A stretch of 64,000 bases of DNA, taken from assembly GCA_022843945.1 (NCBI GenBank), contig JALHMR010000003.1, forward strand, positions 164,837 to 228,836, written 5' to 3'. Below, one piece after another: positions 10,195 through 19,705 of the stretch. A program made the translations under genes and the position numbers. How positions within the stretch are numbered: position 1 is the first letter of the stretch; each line of letters begins with the position of its first letter. This DNA is from Rhodospirillaceae bacterium. GTDB taxonomy: Bacteria; Pseudomonadota; Alphaproteobacteria; CACIAM-22H2. Under the pieces are notes generated by a model. It did not search any database and was not told where the DNA came from. It worked only from the letters and a program-made list of their open reading frames with translations.

Positions 10195-11397
10195 GTGGCT
10201 TACCGGTTCGCGCACGACTACCCGCTCCTGCACTGGCTTCTGACCGACGCAAGGCGGATCACCGAGCCTAAAGCTTTCCTCGCCGCGCTTGCCGACAAGC
10301 TCGTTGCCCACGGTATCGAGGTGGCGCGACTTGTCTCGGGTGTGCCGATCCTGCACCCCCAGGTCCATTCCTACAGCGCGCGCTGGGATCTCGGAAAAGG
10401 TGTCTCGGAGCGCTTCTTCCGCCTGACCGCGGAGACCTTGCCGGTCCTCGAGAACAGTCCGGTCAAGACCGTCTACAGCGGGGGTGGATCGGTACGCTGC
10501 GACCCCACCGCGCCGCCGCGCGACGGTGAATTCGGGATTCTCTCGGACCTGCGCCGCGACGGCATGACCGACTACGTAGCCTTGAGCATTCCCTTTTCGG
10601 ACGGCGCGACGAAGCTCCTGTCGGTCGCCACCCAGCGGCCCGGCGGCTTCTCCGGCCAGCAGATGGAACTTCTGGAAGCCATCATCCCAGGCGTGGCCAT
10701 CAACCTGGAAGTCCAGGCGCTGCGCCTGACGGCGCGCACGCTGCTCGACACCTATGTCGGGCGTCAGGCCGGCGCGCGCGTGCTGGAAGGCGCCATCAAG
10801 CGCGGCATGGGCGAGACCATCCGCGCGGTCGTCTGGCTGTGCGACCTCCGCGGCTTCACCAGCCTCTCCGAACAGCTGCCGCGCGATGCCCTGATCGGGC
10901 TGCTCAACGACTATTTCGGCCGCATGTGCGCGGCCATCGAGACCGGCGGCGGTGAGGTCCTGAAATTCATCGGCGATGCGCTGCTCGGGATTTTTCCCAT
11001 ACTCGGCGACGATGCTGCCGCGACGTGTGGTCGCGCGCTTGCCGCGGCCGAAAAGGCGCAGGAGACGATTGTCGCCTTCAACGCCGCCCAGGCGGAGGCC
11101 GGCAAGCCGCGCATCGAATATGGCATCGCCTTGCACATCGGCGATGTCATGTACGGCAACATAGGCGGCGAGAACCGCCTCGACTTCACGGTCATCGGGC
11201 CGGCGGTCAATCTCGCCGCACGGATCGAGGGACTGTGCGGCGAGCTGGGCCGCCCTGTCCTGCTGTCCGAAGGCTTCGTCACGGCCTCCGGCGTGGCCGC
11301 CGAGCCTCTCGGCGCCTTCTCGCTGAAGGGCCTGAACACGCCTCAGCCGGTCTATGCGCCGGCGTCTACCCGCAGCGCCGGCAGCGGATCGCCATGA
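10195..11397 (+). CDS. Class III adenylate/guanylate cyclase with N-terminal GAF-like region
   Basis: CDLRGFT, KFIGDA and DFTVIGPAVNLAARIE motifs; start (GTG 10195) approximate. Confidence 0.85.
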   Translation: MAYRFAHDYPLLHWLLTDARRITEPKAFLAALADKLVAHGIEVARLVSGVPILHPQVHSYSARWDLGKGVSERFFRLTAETLPVLENSPVKTVYSGGGSVRCDPTAPPRDGEFGILSDLRRDGMTDYVALSIPFSDGATKLLSVATQRPGGFSGQQMELLEAIIPGVAINLEVQALRLTARTLLDTYVGRQAGARVLEGAIKRGMGETIRAVVWLCDLRGFTSLSEQLPRDALIGLLNDYFGRMCAAIETGGGEVLKFIGDALLGIFPILGDDAAATCGRALAAAEKAQETIVAFNAAQAEAGKPRIEYGIALHIGDVMYGNIGGENRLDFTVIGPAVNLAARIEGLCGELGRPVLLSEGFVTASGVAAEPLGAFSLKGLNTPQPVYAPASTRSAGSGSP

Positions 11398-11554
11398 AGA
11401 TGTCGTCGACGTCGGCATCCTGCATGGCGTGGTCGAGAACCACGCGCAGCGCCTTCGAGGCATCGGGCAGCGAGTAGCTCTCGGCCATCTGCTTCAGCCA
11501 GTCGAGCTGGTCGGCCTCGATCTCGAGCGGCTCGACGATCTTGCTTTTTTGCAT
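11366..11554 (-). CDS. Small hypothetical protein (62 aa) with C-terminal CxxC
   Basis: AAGGA upstream, host-like codon use, directly downstream of acuI; ends RCRRCG. Confidence 0.6.
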   Translation of the reverse strand: MQKSKIVEPLEIEADQLDWLKQMAESYSLPDASKALRVVLDHAMQDADVDDIFMAIRCRRCG

Positions 11555-11581
11555 GGTGACGTCCTTCAGCGCGCCCGGTCT

Positions 11582-12574
11582 TCAGCGATTGAGGTCGACC
11601 ACGACCCGGCCGCGCACCTGACCCTTGAGGATACGCTGGCTCTCATTCGCCAGGTCGCCAAGGCCGATGACGCTGGTCATGGCGTCGAGTTTTCCGAGCG
11701 GCAGGTCGCGCAGCAGCCGCGCCCAGGCCTCGCGACGCTCCGGCATGGGCTTCATCGCCGAATCGATGCCCAGCAGGTTTACCCCGCGCAGGAGGAATGG
11801 AATGACGCTGGCCGGCACGTCGTTGCCGCCGGCATTGCCGCAGGCGGCGACCGAGGCGCCGTATTTCATCGCCGGCAGCACGCCGGCCAGGGTCGCGCCG
11901 CCGACGGTGTCGACGCAGCCGGCCCAGCGCTCGGCGACCAGCGGCTTGCCCGGCGGGGCGACCGTCGCCGCGCGGTCGATGATCGTGGTCGCGCCCAGCT
12001 GTCGCAGATAGTCATGGGTCTCGGCGCGGCCCGTGGAGGCGACGACCGTGTAACCGAGCCGGGCGAGAATGGCGACGGCGACACCGCCCACGCCGCCGGC
12101 CGCCCCGGTGACCAGCACCTCGCCGCCCTCCGGCTTCAACCCGTGCTTCTCCAGCGCCAGCACCGCCAGCATCGAGGTGAAGCCCGCCGTGCCGATGGCC
12201 ATCGCCTGCTGCGCACTCATGCCGGCCGGCAGCGGCACCAGCCATTCGCTTTTCACCCGGGCCTTCTGGGCGTAGCCGCCCCAGTACCATTCACCCACGC
12301 GCCAGCCGGTGAGGATCACCTTGTCGCCTGGTTTGAAAGCCGGTGAGTCGGAACGCTCGACCGTGCCGACGAAATCGATGCCCGGCACATGCGGGTACTT
12401 GCGCACGATCCGGCCGAGGCCGGCGAGGATCAGCCCGTCCTTGTAGTTGAGGGTCGAATGGCTGACGGCGACGGTGACGTCGCCCGGCGGCAGGGCGGTC
12501 TCGTCGACCGTCTGCAGCGCCGAAGAGACCTTGCCGTCCTTTTCCTCGAGGACGAGCGCGCGGAAGCTGGACAT
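11582..12574 (-). CDS. acuI: Acryloyl-CoA reductase AcuI / YhdH-family MDR oxidoreductase
   Basis: STLNYKDGL, PHVPGIDFVG, AMAIGTAGFT, VTGAAGGVG and PFLLRGVNLLGIDS motifs. Confidence 0.85.
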   Translation of the reverse strand: MSSFRALVLEEKDGKVSSALQTVDETALPPGDVTVAVSHSTLNYKDGLILAGLGRIVRKYPHVPGIDFVGTVERSDSPAFKPGDKVILTGWRVGEWYWGGYAQKARVKSEWLVPLPAGMSAQQAMAIGTAGFTSMLAVLALEKHGLKPEGGEVLVTGAAGGVGGVAVAILARLGYTVVASTGRAETHDYLRQLGATTIIDRAATVAPPGKPLVAERWAGCVDTVGGATLAGVLPAMKYGASVAACGNAGGNDVPASVIPFLLRGVNLLGIDSAMKPMPERREAWARLLRDLPLGKLDAMTSVIGLGDLANESQRILKGQVRGRVVVDLNR

Positions 12575-12625
12575 GAATCGGCCCGAGCGGTTGTTGTGCC
12601 CGGGCCGATTATAGCGGGTGGGCGC

Positions 12626-13813
12626 TTACTTGTTGCGCTCCTTCCAGGGATCCTTGACCGCCGGGTAGGTCTCGAACACCACGTTGGTCAGGCGGCCGTT
12701 CACCCGCTCGACCTTGCAGATGTAGATGTTCTGCACGATATCGCGGGTGACGGGGTCGATGCTGATGGGACCGCGCGGGCTCTCGGACTTCCAGGTCTTG
12801 ATGAAGGCCATCGCCTTGTCGCCGTCGATCTTGCCGTCGAGGGCCTTCACCGTGTCGTAGATCATCTGCATGCCATCCCAGGCACCGACGGCGAAGAAGT
12901 CCGGATCAGTGTTGTAGGCGGCACGATAAGCGGCCACGAACTCGCGGTTCTTGGCCGACTGGTAGCCGGCCGAGTAGTGCGTGGCGGTGATCAGGCCGAC
13001 GGCGAGGTCGCCCAGGTTGTCGATCTGGGATTCGTTGGTGGCTTCGGCACTGGGCATCAGCTTGATGCCGGCCCTGGCGAGGCCGAGCTCGTTGAATGCC
13101 TTGACGTAGGCGGTCGGCTGCGTGCCGCCGGGCAGGAAGGCGTAAACGCCTGCCGGCTTCTGGTCGAGGATGCGCTGCAGGAACGGCACGAAATCGGGAT
13201 TGGCCACCGGCATGCGCACGCTGGCGACCACCGTGCCGCCGCCGTCGGTGAAGCCCTGCTTGAACGCCGCCTCGGCGTCGTGGCCGGGGCCGTAATCGGA
13301 AACCGAGGTCAGGGCCTGCTTCATGCCGCCCTTGGTCGCCGCCCAGCGGCCGAAGATCTCGGTCGTTTGCGGGAGAGTGAGGGACACTCGCGTCAGGTAG
13401 GGCGAGCGCGTGGTGATCATCGCCGTGGCGGCGTTCATGATCACCACGGGGGTCTTGGACTCGGTGGCCAGCGGCGCCACCGCCAGCGCGTTGGGCGTGA
13501 ACACCAGGCCGGTGATGATCTTGGCGCCGTCGCGGGTGATCAGCTCCTGGGCCAGGCGCTTGGCGACGTCCGGGTTGGGGCCGGTCTCGTCGCGGCGGAT
13601 GATCTCGATCTTGTGGCCGCCCGAGCTGTCGCCGTTCTTGGCGACGAAGAGCTTGACGGCATTGTCCTGGGTGAGGCCGAGGCTGGCGAAGGGCCCCGAC
13701 GTGGTCGTGATGAAACCGACCTTGACGGTCTCGGCGGCAGCCTGTCCGGTAAAGAAGGGGCCGGCGATGATGGCGATGGCGGCCGCGGTGGCCAGAAGGC
13801 GCGTAAGGCGCAT
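12626..13813 (-). CDS. ABC transporter substrate-binding protein (LivJ/LivK-like fold)
   Basis: Signal peptide, KVGFITTTSGPFASLG, SDYGPGHDAE; ATG 13813 with GGAGG upstream. Confidence 0.85.
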   Translation of the reverse strand: MRLTRLLATAAAIAIIAGPFFTGQAAAETVKVGFITTTSGPFASLGLTQDNAVKLFVAKNGDSSGGHKIEIIRRDETGPNPDVAKRLAQELITRDGAKIITGLVFTPNALAVAPLATESKTPVVIMNAATAMITTRSPYLTRVSLTLPQTTEIFGRWAATKGGMKQALTSVSDYGPGHDAEAAFKQGFTDGGGTVVASVRMPVANPDFVPFLQRILDQKPAGVYAFLPGGTQPTAYVKAFNELGLARAGIKLMPSAEATNESQIDNLGDLAVGLITATHYSAGYQSAKNREFVAAYRAAYNTDPDFFAVGAWDGMQMIYDTVKALDGKIDGDKAMAFIKTWKSESPRGPISIDPVTRDIVQNIYICKVERVNGRLTNVVFETYPAVKDPWKERNK

Positions 13814-13953
13814 GGAGGTCCCTCCCTGGGGTTGTTCGTTGGCGCCCACTCTGCCGCAACTCCGCGGACGCGGCAACGCCGCCCCTCGTGGGGCCTATCC
13901 CATTGGCCCGTCCGGGGGTTTCGTGTTAAGGGCACGGCCCTCTGGAGGACACC

Positions 13954-15066
13954 ATGAAGCCGCCGTTCCGCGCCGACCATGTCGGCAGCCTGCTCCGCCC
14001 CAAAGCCCTGCTCGAGGCCCGCGACCAGCGCGCCAAGGGCGCCATCCCGGCCGAGGCCCTGACCGAGGCCGAGGACAAGGCCATCAGCGACGCCGTGCGC
14101 AAGCAGGAGGCGATCGGCCTCCACTCGGTGACCGACGGCGAGTTCCGCCGCACCATGTGGCACATGGATTTCATCACCCGCTTCGCGCATGTCGCGGTGG
14201 TGCCCTCGGAGATCAAGATCCGCTTCCACACCCACGAGGGCGATATCGATGTCGCCCCGCCGGGCCTCAAGGTCACCGGCAAGCTGGCCCGACCGGGCGG
14301 CATCTTCGTCGACCACTTCAAGTACGTGAAGAAGGTGGCGAAAGAGACGCCCAAGATCACCATCCCCTCGCCCACCGTGCTGCATTTCCGCGGCGGGCGG
14401 GCGGCCATCGACGACAAGGCCTACCCGACGATGGAGGCCTTCTACGCCGACCTCGCCCGCGTCTACAGCGAGGAGGTGAAGGACCTGGCCGCCGCCGGCT
14501 GCCGCTACCTGCAGATCGACGAGACCAACTTCGCCTATCTCTGCGACCCGTCGGTGCGCGAGCAGGTGCGCGAGCATATCCACGAGGACCCCAACGAGCT
14601 GCCCAAGACCTACGCCAAGCTGATCAACGGCGCCGTCGCTGGCAAGCCGGCCGACATGACGGTGTGCATGCATCTCTGCCGCGGCAACAATCAGAGCGCC
14701 TGGCTGTCCGAGGGTGGCTACGACCCGGTGGCCGAGGTGCTGTTCAACGACATCAAGGTCGACGGCTATTTCCTGGAATACGACACCGACCGGGCCGGCG
14801 ATTTCTCGCCCTTGCGCTTCGTGCCCAAGGGCAAGCGCATCGTGCTCGGCCTGGTGACCAGCAAGCAGCCGGCGCTGGAGGCCAAGGACGCGCTCAAGCG
14901 GCGCATCGACGAGGCGGCGAAGTACGTGCCGCTCGACCAGCTCGCCATCAGCCCGCAATGCGGCTTCGCCAGCACGGTCGAAGGCAACCGCATGACCGAG
15001 GACGACCAGTGGCGCAAGCTCTCGCTCTGCGTCGAGGTGGCGCGCGAGGTCTGGGGCGCGAACTAG
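13954..15066 (+). CDS. Cobalamin-independent methionine synthase II family protein (single catalytic barrel)
   Basis: ADHVGSLLRP, TDGEFRR, HLCRGN, FLEYD and SPQCGFAS zinc-ligand motifs; 370 aa. Confidence 0.85.
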   Translation: MKPPFRADHVGSLLRPKALLEARDQRAKGAIPAEALTEAEDKAISDAVRKQEAIGLHSVTDGEFRRTMWHMDFITRFAHVAVVPSEIKIRFHTHEGDIDVAPPGLKVTGKLARPGGIFVDHFKYVKKVAKETPKITIPSPTVLHFRGGRAAIDDKAYPTMEAFYADLARVYSEEVKDLAAAGCRYLQIDETNFAYLCDPSVREQVREHIHEDPNELPKTYAKLINGAVAGKPADMTVCMHLCRGNNQSAWLSEGGYDPVAEVLFNDIKVDGYFLEYDTDRAGDFSPLRFVPKGKRIVLGLVTSKQPALEAKDALKRRIDEAAKYVPLDQLAISPQCGFASTVEGNRMTEDDQWRKLSLCVEVAREVWGAN

Positions 15067-15070
15067 CCGC

Positions 15071-16240
15071 TCAGGCGCGCAAGGGCTGCAGAATGGTCAC
15101 GTAGTTGGCTACCGCGGCGCCGCCCATGTTGAACACGCCGGTGACGCCGGTCTTCTTGATCTGCATCTCGCCGGCCGTGCCCGTCGCCTGCATCGCCGCC
15201 ATGATGTGCATCGACACACCGGTGGCGCCGATCGGATGGCCCTTGGCCTTGAGCCCGCCCGAGGCATTGACCGGCAGCCGGCCGTCCTTCTCGGTCCAGC
15301 CTTCCATGGCCGCGCGGGCCCCCTGCCCCTTGGGCACCAGGCCCATCGCCTCGTACTGGATGAGCTCGGCGATGGTGAAGCAGTCATGCGTCTCGACGGC
15401 CGCGAGGTCGTCGATCCTGAGCCGGGCGTCGCCCAGCGCCTTCTTCCAGGCGAGCGCGCAGCCCTCGAAATCGACGATGTCGCGGCGGCTCATCGGCAGG
15501 TAGTCGTTGACCTGCGCCGTGGCGCGCAGCAGCACCGCCTTCTTCAGGGTCATCGCCGTCTCGACGTCGGTCAGCACCAGCGCCGCCGCCCCGTCGGAGA
15601 CCAGTGAGCAGTCGGTGCGGCGCAAGGGCCCGGCGACGATCGGGTTCTTGTCCGACACCGTGCGGCAGAACTCGTAGCCGAGATCCTTGCGCAGCTGCGC
15701 ATAGGGGTTCGCCACGCCGTTCTTGTGGTTCTTGGCAGCGATCCTGGCCATGGCGTCCGACTGGTCGCCGTAGCGCTGGAAATAGAGCTGGGTGATCTGG
15801 CCGAATACGCCGGCGAAGCTCATGCCGTCGCGGTCTTCCTCCTTCACATAGGAGGCCTTCATCAGGATGCCGCCGATCTGCTCGCCCGGGGTCTCGGTCA
15901 TCTTCTCGACGCCGACCACCAGCACGACGCGCGCCTTCCTGGCGGCGATGGCGTTGGCGCCCTGGTGGACGGCGGCCGAGCCGGTGGCGCAGGCATTCTC
16001 CACCCGCGTCGAGGGCTTGAAGCGCAGCGCGTCGGAGGCCTGGAGCACGAGCGAGGCCGGGAAGTCCTGCTTGACGAAGCCGCCGCCGAAATGGCCGACA
16101 TAGATCTCGTCGATGTCACCCGGCGCCAGGCCGGCATCGGCGATGGCCGCCGTCGAGACCTCGACGATCATCTTCTCGAGGTCTTCGCCCTCGCGCTTGC
16201 CGAACTTGCCGTGCGACCACCCGACGATGCATGCCGTCAT
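15071..16240 (-). CDS. Acetyl-CoA acetyltransferase (SCP2-type thiolase)
   Basis: ENACATG, HDCF, GHPIGATG and NMGG motifs; ATG 16240. Confidence 0.88.
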   Translation of the reverse strand: MTACIVGWSHGKFGKREGEDLEKMIVEVSTAAIADAGLAPGDIDEIYVGHFGGGFVKQDFPASLVLQASDALRFKPSTRVENACATGSAAVHQGANAIAARKARVVLVVGVEKMTETPGEQIGGILMKASYVKEEDRDGMSFAGVFGQITQLYFQRYGDQSDAMARIAAKNHKNGVANPYAQLRKDLGYEFCRTVSDKNPIVAGPLRRTDCSLVSDGAAALVLTDVETAMTLKKAVLLRATAQVNDYLPMSRRDIVDFEGCALAWKKALGDARLRIDDLAAVETHDCFTIAELIQYEAMGLVPKGQGARAAMEGWTEKDGRLPVNASGGLKAKGHPIGATGVSMHIMAAMQATGTAGEMQIKKTGVTGVFNMGGAAVANYVTILQPLRA

Positions 16241-16307
16241 GACGCTGCCTCTGAGCGATAATTGGAAGCCCCAAGAATAGCAGGAATGCCCCGCCCGGAT
16301 AAGCGCT

Positions 16308-16856
16308 CTAACGGGCGAAATGCGCCTTGAGCGCCGCCATCGCCGCCGGTACGTCGGGCACCGTCTGGTAACTGCGATGCATGCGCGACCGCAGTACGCC
16401 ATGCGCGTCGAAATCGCGGATCAGGGCCTCGAACGGGTCCCAGAAACGCTCGATGTTGCACAGAACGGTCGGCTTGGCGTGCAGGCCGAGATCGAACGTC
16501 GTGATCATCTCCAGCAGCTCGTCCAGCGTGCCGATGCCGCCGGGCAGGCAGACGAAAGCATCGGAGAGCTCGGCCATCAGCTCCTTGCGCTGGGCCAGGG
16601 TATCGACGATGCGCAGCTCGGTGATGTCGCGGTTGGCGACTTCGGGCGCCACCAGCACCGTCGGGATCACGCCGACCACCGTGCCGCCGGCCGCCATGGC
16701 GGCGCGCGCCGCCTCGCCCATCAGGCCGCGCCGCGACCCGCCGTAAACCAGGCGCCAGCCGCGGCCCGCCATGGCCGTCCCGAACTCCGCCGCCGCCGTG
16801 CGAAACGAGGGCGCCAACCCCTCGACCGCCGAGCAGAACAGGCAGACGGATTTCAT
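16308..16856 (-). CDS. LOG family (TIGR00730) nucleotide phosphoribohydrolase
   Basis: LVYGG...GLMG and PGGIGTLDE motifs. Confidence 0.9.
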   Translation of the reverse strand: MKSVCLFCSAVEGLAPSFRTAAAEFGTAMAGRGWRLVYGGSRRGLMGEAARAAMAAGGTVVGVIPTVLVAPEVANRDITELRIVDTLAQRKELMAELSDAFVCLPGGIGTLDELLEMITTFDLGLHAKPTVLCNIERFWDPFEALIRDFDAHGVLRSRMHRSYQTVPDVPAAMAALKAHFAR

Positions 16857-17938
16857 CAGCTGCCGGCGCGCGGTCGCGTCTCGTTGACGGCGGCTTCCAC
16901 CAGCCCCACGAACCGCCAGGCGAGGCCGTTGGGCCCGGCGAAGGGCAGCAGCCGCTCGTTGCCGGCGCCGATCTCCCGGGGCGCCTCGCTCCGGCCGCGC
17001 TCGAGCACCGCCTGCCGCTCGTTCGCCGGCAGGCCGTAGAAGGCCGGCCCGTAGAGCGAGGCGAAGCCCTCGAGCTTGTCGAGCGCCTGCTCCTCGTCGA
17101 AGACCTGGGCGTAGAGCTCGAGGGCGAACGGGGCATTGAAGATGCCGGCGCAGCCGCAGGCATTCTCCTTGGTATGCACCGCATGCGGCGCCGAATCCGT
17201 GCCCAGGAAGAACTTGGCGCTGCCGGAGGTCGCGGCCCGGCGCAGCGCCCGGCGGTGCCGCTCGCGCTTGACGATCGGCAGGCAGTAGAGATGCGGCCGG
17301 ATGCCCCCGACCAGCATGTCATTGCGGCTGATCATCAGGTGGTGGGGCGTGATGGTTGCGGCGATCTGGGTGCTGGTCGCCATCAGGAAATCGACGGCCT
17401 CGGCGGTCGTGATGTGCTCGAGCACGACCTTGAGGTCGGGGAAATCATCCAGCAGCTTGGTCAGTACCTTGTCGATGAAGACATTCTCGCGGTCGAAGAT
17501 GTCGACGCCCGGATCGGTGACCTCGCCGTGCAGCAGCAGCGGCATGCCGATGCGCTGCATGCGCTCGAAAACGCGCGTCAGCTTCTTCATGTCCGTCACG
17601 CCATGCGCCGAGTTCGTCGTCGCATGGGCCGGATACAGCTTGGCGGCGGCCCATACTTTCGTCGTATAGCCGCGCTCGATCTCGTTCGGGTCGGAAGCGT
17701 CGGTCAGGTAACAGGTCATCAGCGGCTGAAACGCCGAGTCCGCGGGAACCGCCTGGCGGATTCGGTCGCGATAGGCGTTTGCCATGGCGACGGTGGTCAC
17801 CGGCGGCGTCAGGTTGGGCATGACGATGGCCCGGGCAAACTGGCGGGCGGTGAACGGAACGACGGTCGCCAGCATGGCGCCATCGCGCAGATGCAGATGC
17901 CAGTCGTCAGGCTGTCGCAGGATCAGTCGGTCGCTCAT
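16856..17938 (-). CDS. pyrC: Dihydroorotase
   Basis: DDWHLHLRDG, KLYPAHATTNS and FLGTDSAPH motifs. Confidence 0.96.
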   Translation of the reverse strand: MSDRLILRQPDDWHLHLRDGAMLATVVPFTARQFARAIVMPNLTPPVTTVAMANAYRDRIRQAVPADSAFQPLMTCYLTDASDPNEIERGYTTKVWAAAKLYPAHATTNSAHGVTDMKKLTRVFERMQRIGMPLLLHGEVTDPGVDIFDRENVFIDKVLTKLLDDFPDLKVVLEHITTAEAVDFLMATSTQIAATITPHHLMISRNDMLVGGIRPHLYCLPIVKRERHRRALRRAATSGSAKFFLGTDSAPHAVHTKENACGCAGIFNAPFALELYAQVFDEEQALDKLEGFASLYGPAFYGLPANERQAVLERGRSEAPREIGAGNERLLPFAGPNGLAWRFVGLVEAAVNETRPRAGS

Positions 17939-17941
17939 GTC

Positions 17942-19705
17942 CTACCGTGTTGCCAGGCACTCGAAGACGTCGCCCTCGGCGGGCAGGCCGATCATATGCC
18001 GCCGGTGCCACAGGGCATAGAAAAGCAAAATCCAGGCCGCGAAACCGCCATGCTTGTCCGGACTGGTGAACAGGCGCCGCACGGCCGTGGGGTCCGCGAT
18101 CTCCTCGATGCCCGGCTGGGCGGCCACCAGCGGACCGAGCCGTTTGCCCTCCGCCGCGATCCAGGTCGCCACCGGCACGGTAAAGCCACGCTTGGGCGCG
18201 TGGCTCAGCGCCGCCGGCAGGGCCCGGCCCAGCCACTGGCGCAGCAGCCATTTGCCCTGACGGCCGCGCACCTTGAAGCGGTCGGGCAGTCGGAAGGCGA
18301 ATTCCGCAACGGCGGGATCGAGGAACGGCGTGCGCCCCTCCACGCCGTGCGCCATCAGGCAGCGGTCGAGCTTGGTCAGCAGATCGTTGGGCAGCCAGTC
18401 GGCGCAATCCACCGCCTGGGCAACCTGCAGCCGGGTGCGGTCTTCCGTCCGTTCGGTGATTTCCGCCGCTTCGATGCCGTCGCGCCAGCCGGAGCCGCGC
18501 TCGCGCAGCACGCCCAAGCCGTCGAAGGTGCCACGGCGGCGCATGATGCGCCCACCCAGCCACCAGGGACGCAGCGCACTGCGGTAACGGCCGTAGCCGC
18601 CGAAGATCTCGTCACCGCCCTCGCCCGACAGGATCACCTTGAGACCTTCAGCCTTGGCCCGCCAGGCGAGGATATAGGTCGGCACGCAGGCGTAGTCGGC
18701 CGCCGGATCGTCCATCGCCGCGGCGATGCGCGGCAGCTCGGCCCAGAAATCCTCGGCCGTGATCGGCACTTCGATGTGCCGGGCCCGGGCCCCGCGCGCC
18801 ACGGCCTGGGCGGCGGCGCGCTCGTCGGCGACCGGCGTATCGGGGAAATAGGCGGTGAAGGCGGTCACCGGGTTGGGATTGAGACGGGCCATCTGCGCCA
18901 GGACGACGGACGAATCGATGCCGCCCGACAGGAACATGCCGTAGGGCACGTCGGAGCGCTGGTGCACCTTGACGCTGTCCTCGAGAACGGAATCGAGCGC
19001 CGCCAGCGCCTCCTCGGGAGAGTGCGACACCGGTCCACCGGCCGGCAGCGCTGGCCGGCGGCGGCGCTCGACGATCCGCCCGTCGGCGATGACGATCGCC
19101 TCCCCCGGCAACAGCCGTTTCACGCCGGCGAAAATCGTCTCGCTGCGCGTGGTGAACTGGAGCTCCAGCAGCTCGCTGCGCCGCGTCGCGTCGATCGCGC
19201 GCGGCACGATGCCCGCCTCGACCAGGGCCTGGGCTTCGGAGGCGAAGGCCACGGCGTCCGGCGTCTCGACGTAGTAGAGCGGCTTGATGCCGAAGGGATC
19301 ACGCGCCAGGACGAGGCGACCGGCCGCCGCATCGTGCAGGGCGATGGCGTACATGCCGCGCAGTCTGTCGATGAAGTCCAGGCCGAGCCGGCGGTAGAGA
19401 AGCAGCGGCGGCTCGCAATCCGACTGCGTCGTAAACTTGGCGCCGCGCATCTCGGCGCGCAGCTCGACGTAGTTGTAGATCTCGCCGTTGGCGACCAGGG
19501 CCGCACCGCCCGGTTCGCGCAGCGGCTGATCGCCGGTGGCAAGATCGATGATGGCCAGCCGGTTATGCACCATCCCGACATTGCCGCTGCGATATTCGCC
19601 CGACCCGTCGGGTCCGCGATGCGCCAGCGCCGCCGCCAGCCGGGCCAGCACGTCGGCTGCCGGCCCGTTGGGGCCGCGCGTCATCATCCCCGCCAACCCG
19701 CACAT
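17942..19705 (-). CDS. asnB: Asparagine synthase (glutamine-hydrolysing) family amidotransferase
   Basis: MCGLAG, HRGPD, NGEIYN, LSGGIDSS and SGEGGDE motifs. Confidence 0.92.
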   Translation of the reverse strand: MCGLAGMMTRGPNGPAADVLARLAAALAHRGPDGSGEYRSGNVGMVHNRLAIIDLATGDQPLREPGGAALVANGEIYNYVELRAEMRGAKFTTQSDCEPPLLLYRRLGLDFIDRLRGMYAIALHDAAAGRLVLARDPFGIKPLYYVETPDAVAFASEAQALVEAGIVPRAIDATRRSELLELQFTTRSETIFAGVKRLLPGEAIVIADGRIVERRRRPALPAGGPVSHSPEEALAALDSVLEDSVKVHQRSDVPYGMFLSGGIDSSVVLAQMARLNPNPVTAFTAYFPDTPVADERAAAQAVARGARARHIEVPITAEDFWAELPRIAAAMDDPAADYACVPTYILAWRAKAEGLKVILSGEGGDEIFGGYGRYRSALRPWWLGGRIMRRRGTFDGLGVLRERGSGWRDGIEAAEITERTEDRTRLQVAQAVDCADWLPNDLLTKLDRCLMAHGVEGRTPFLDPAVAEFAFRLPDRFKVRGRQGKWLLRQWLGRALPAALSHAPKRGFTVPVATWIAAEGKRLGPLVAAQPGIEEIADPTAVRRLFTSPDKHGGFAAWILLFYALWHRRHMIGLPAEGDVFECLATR

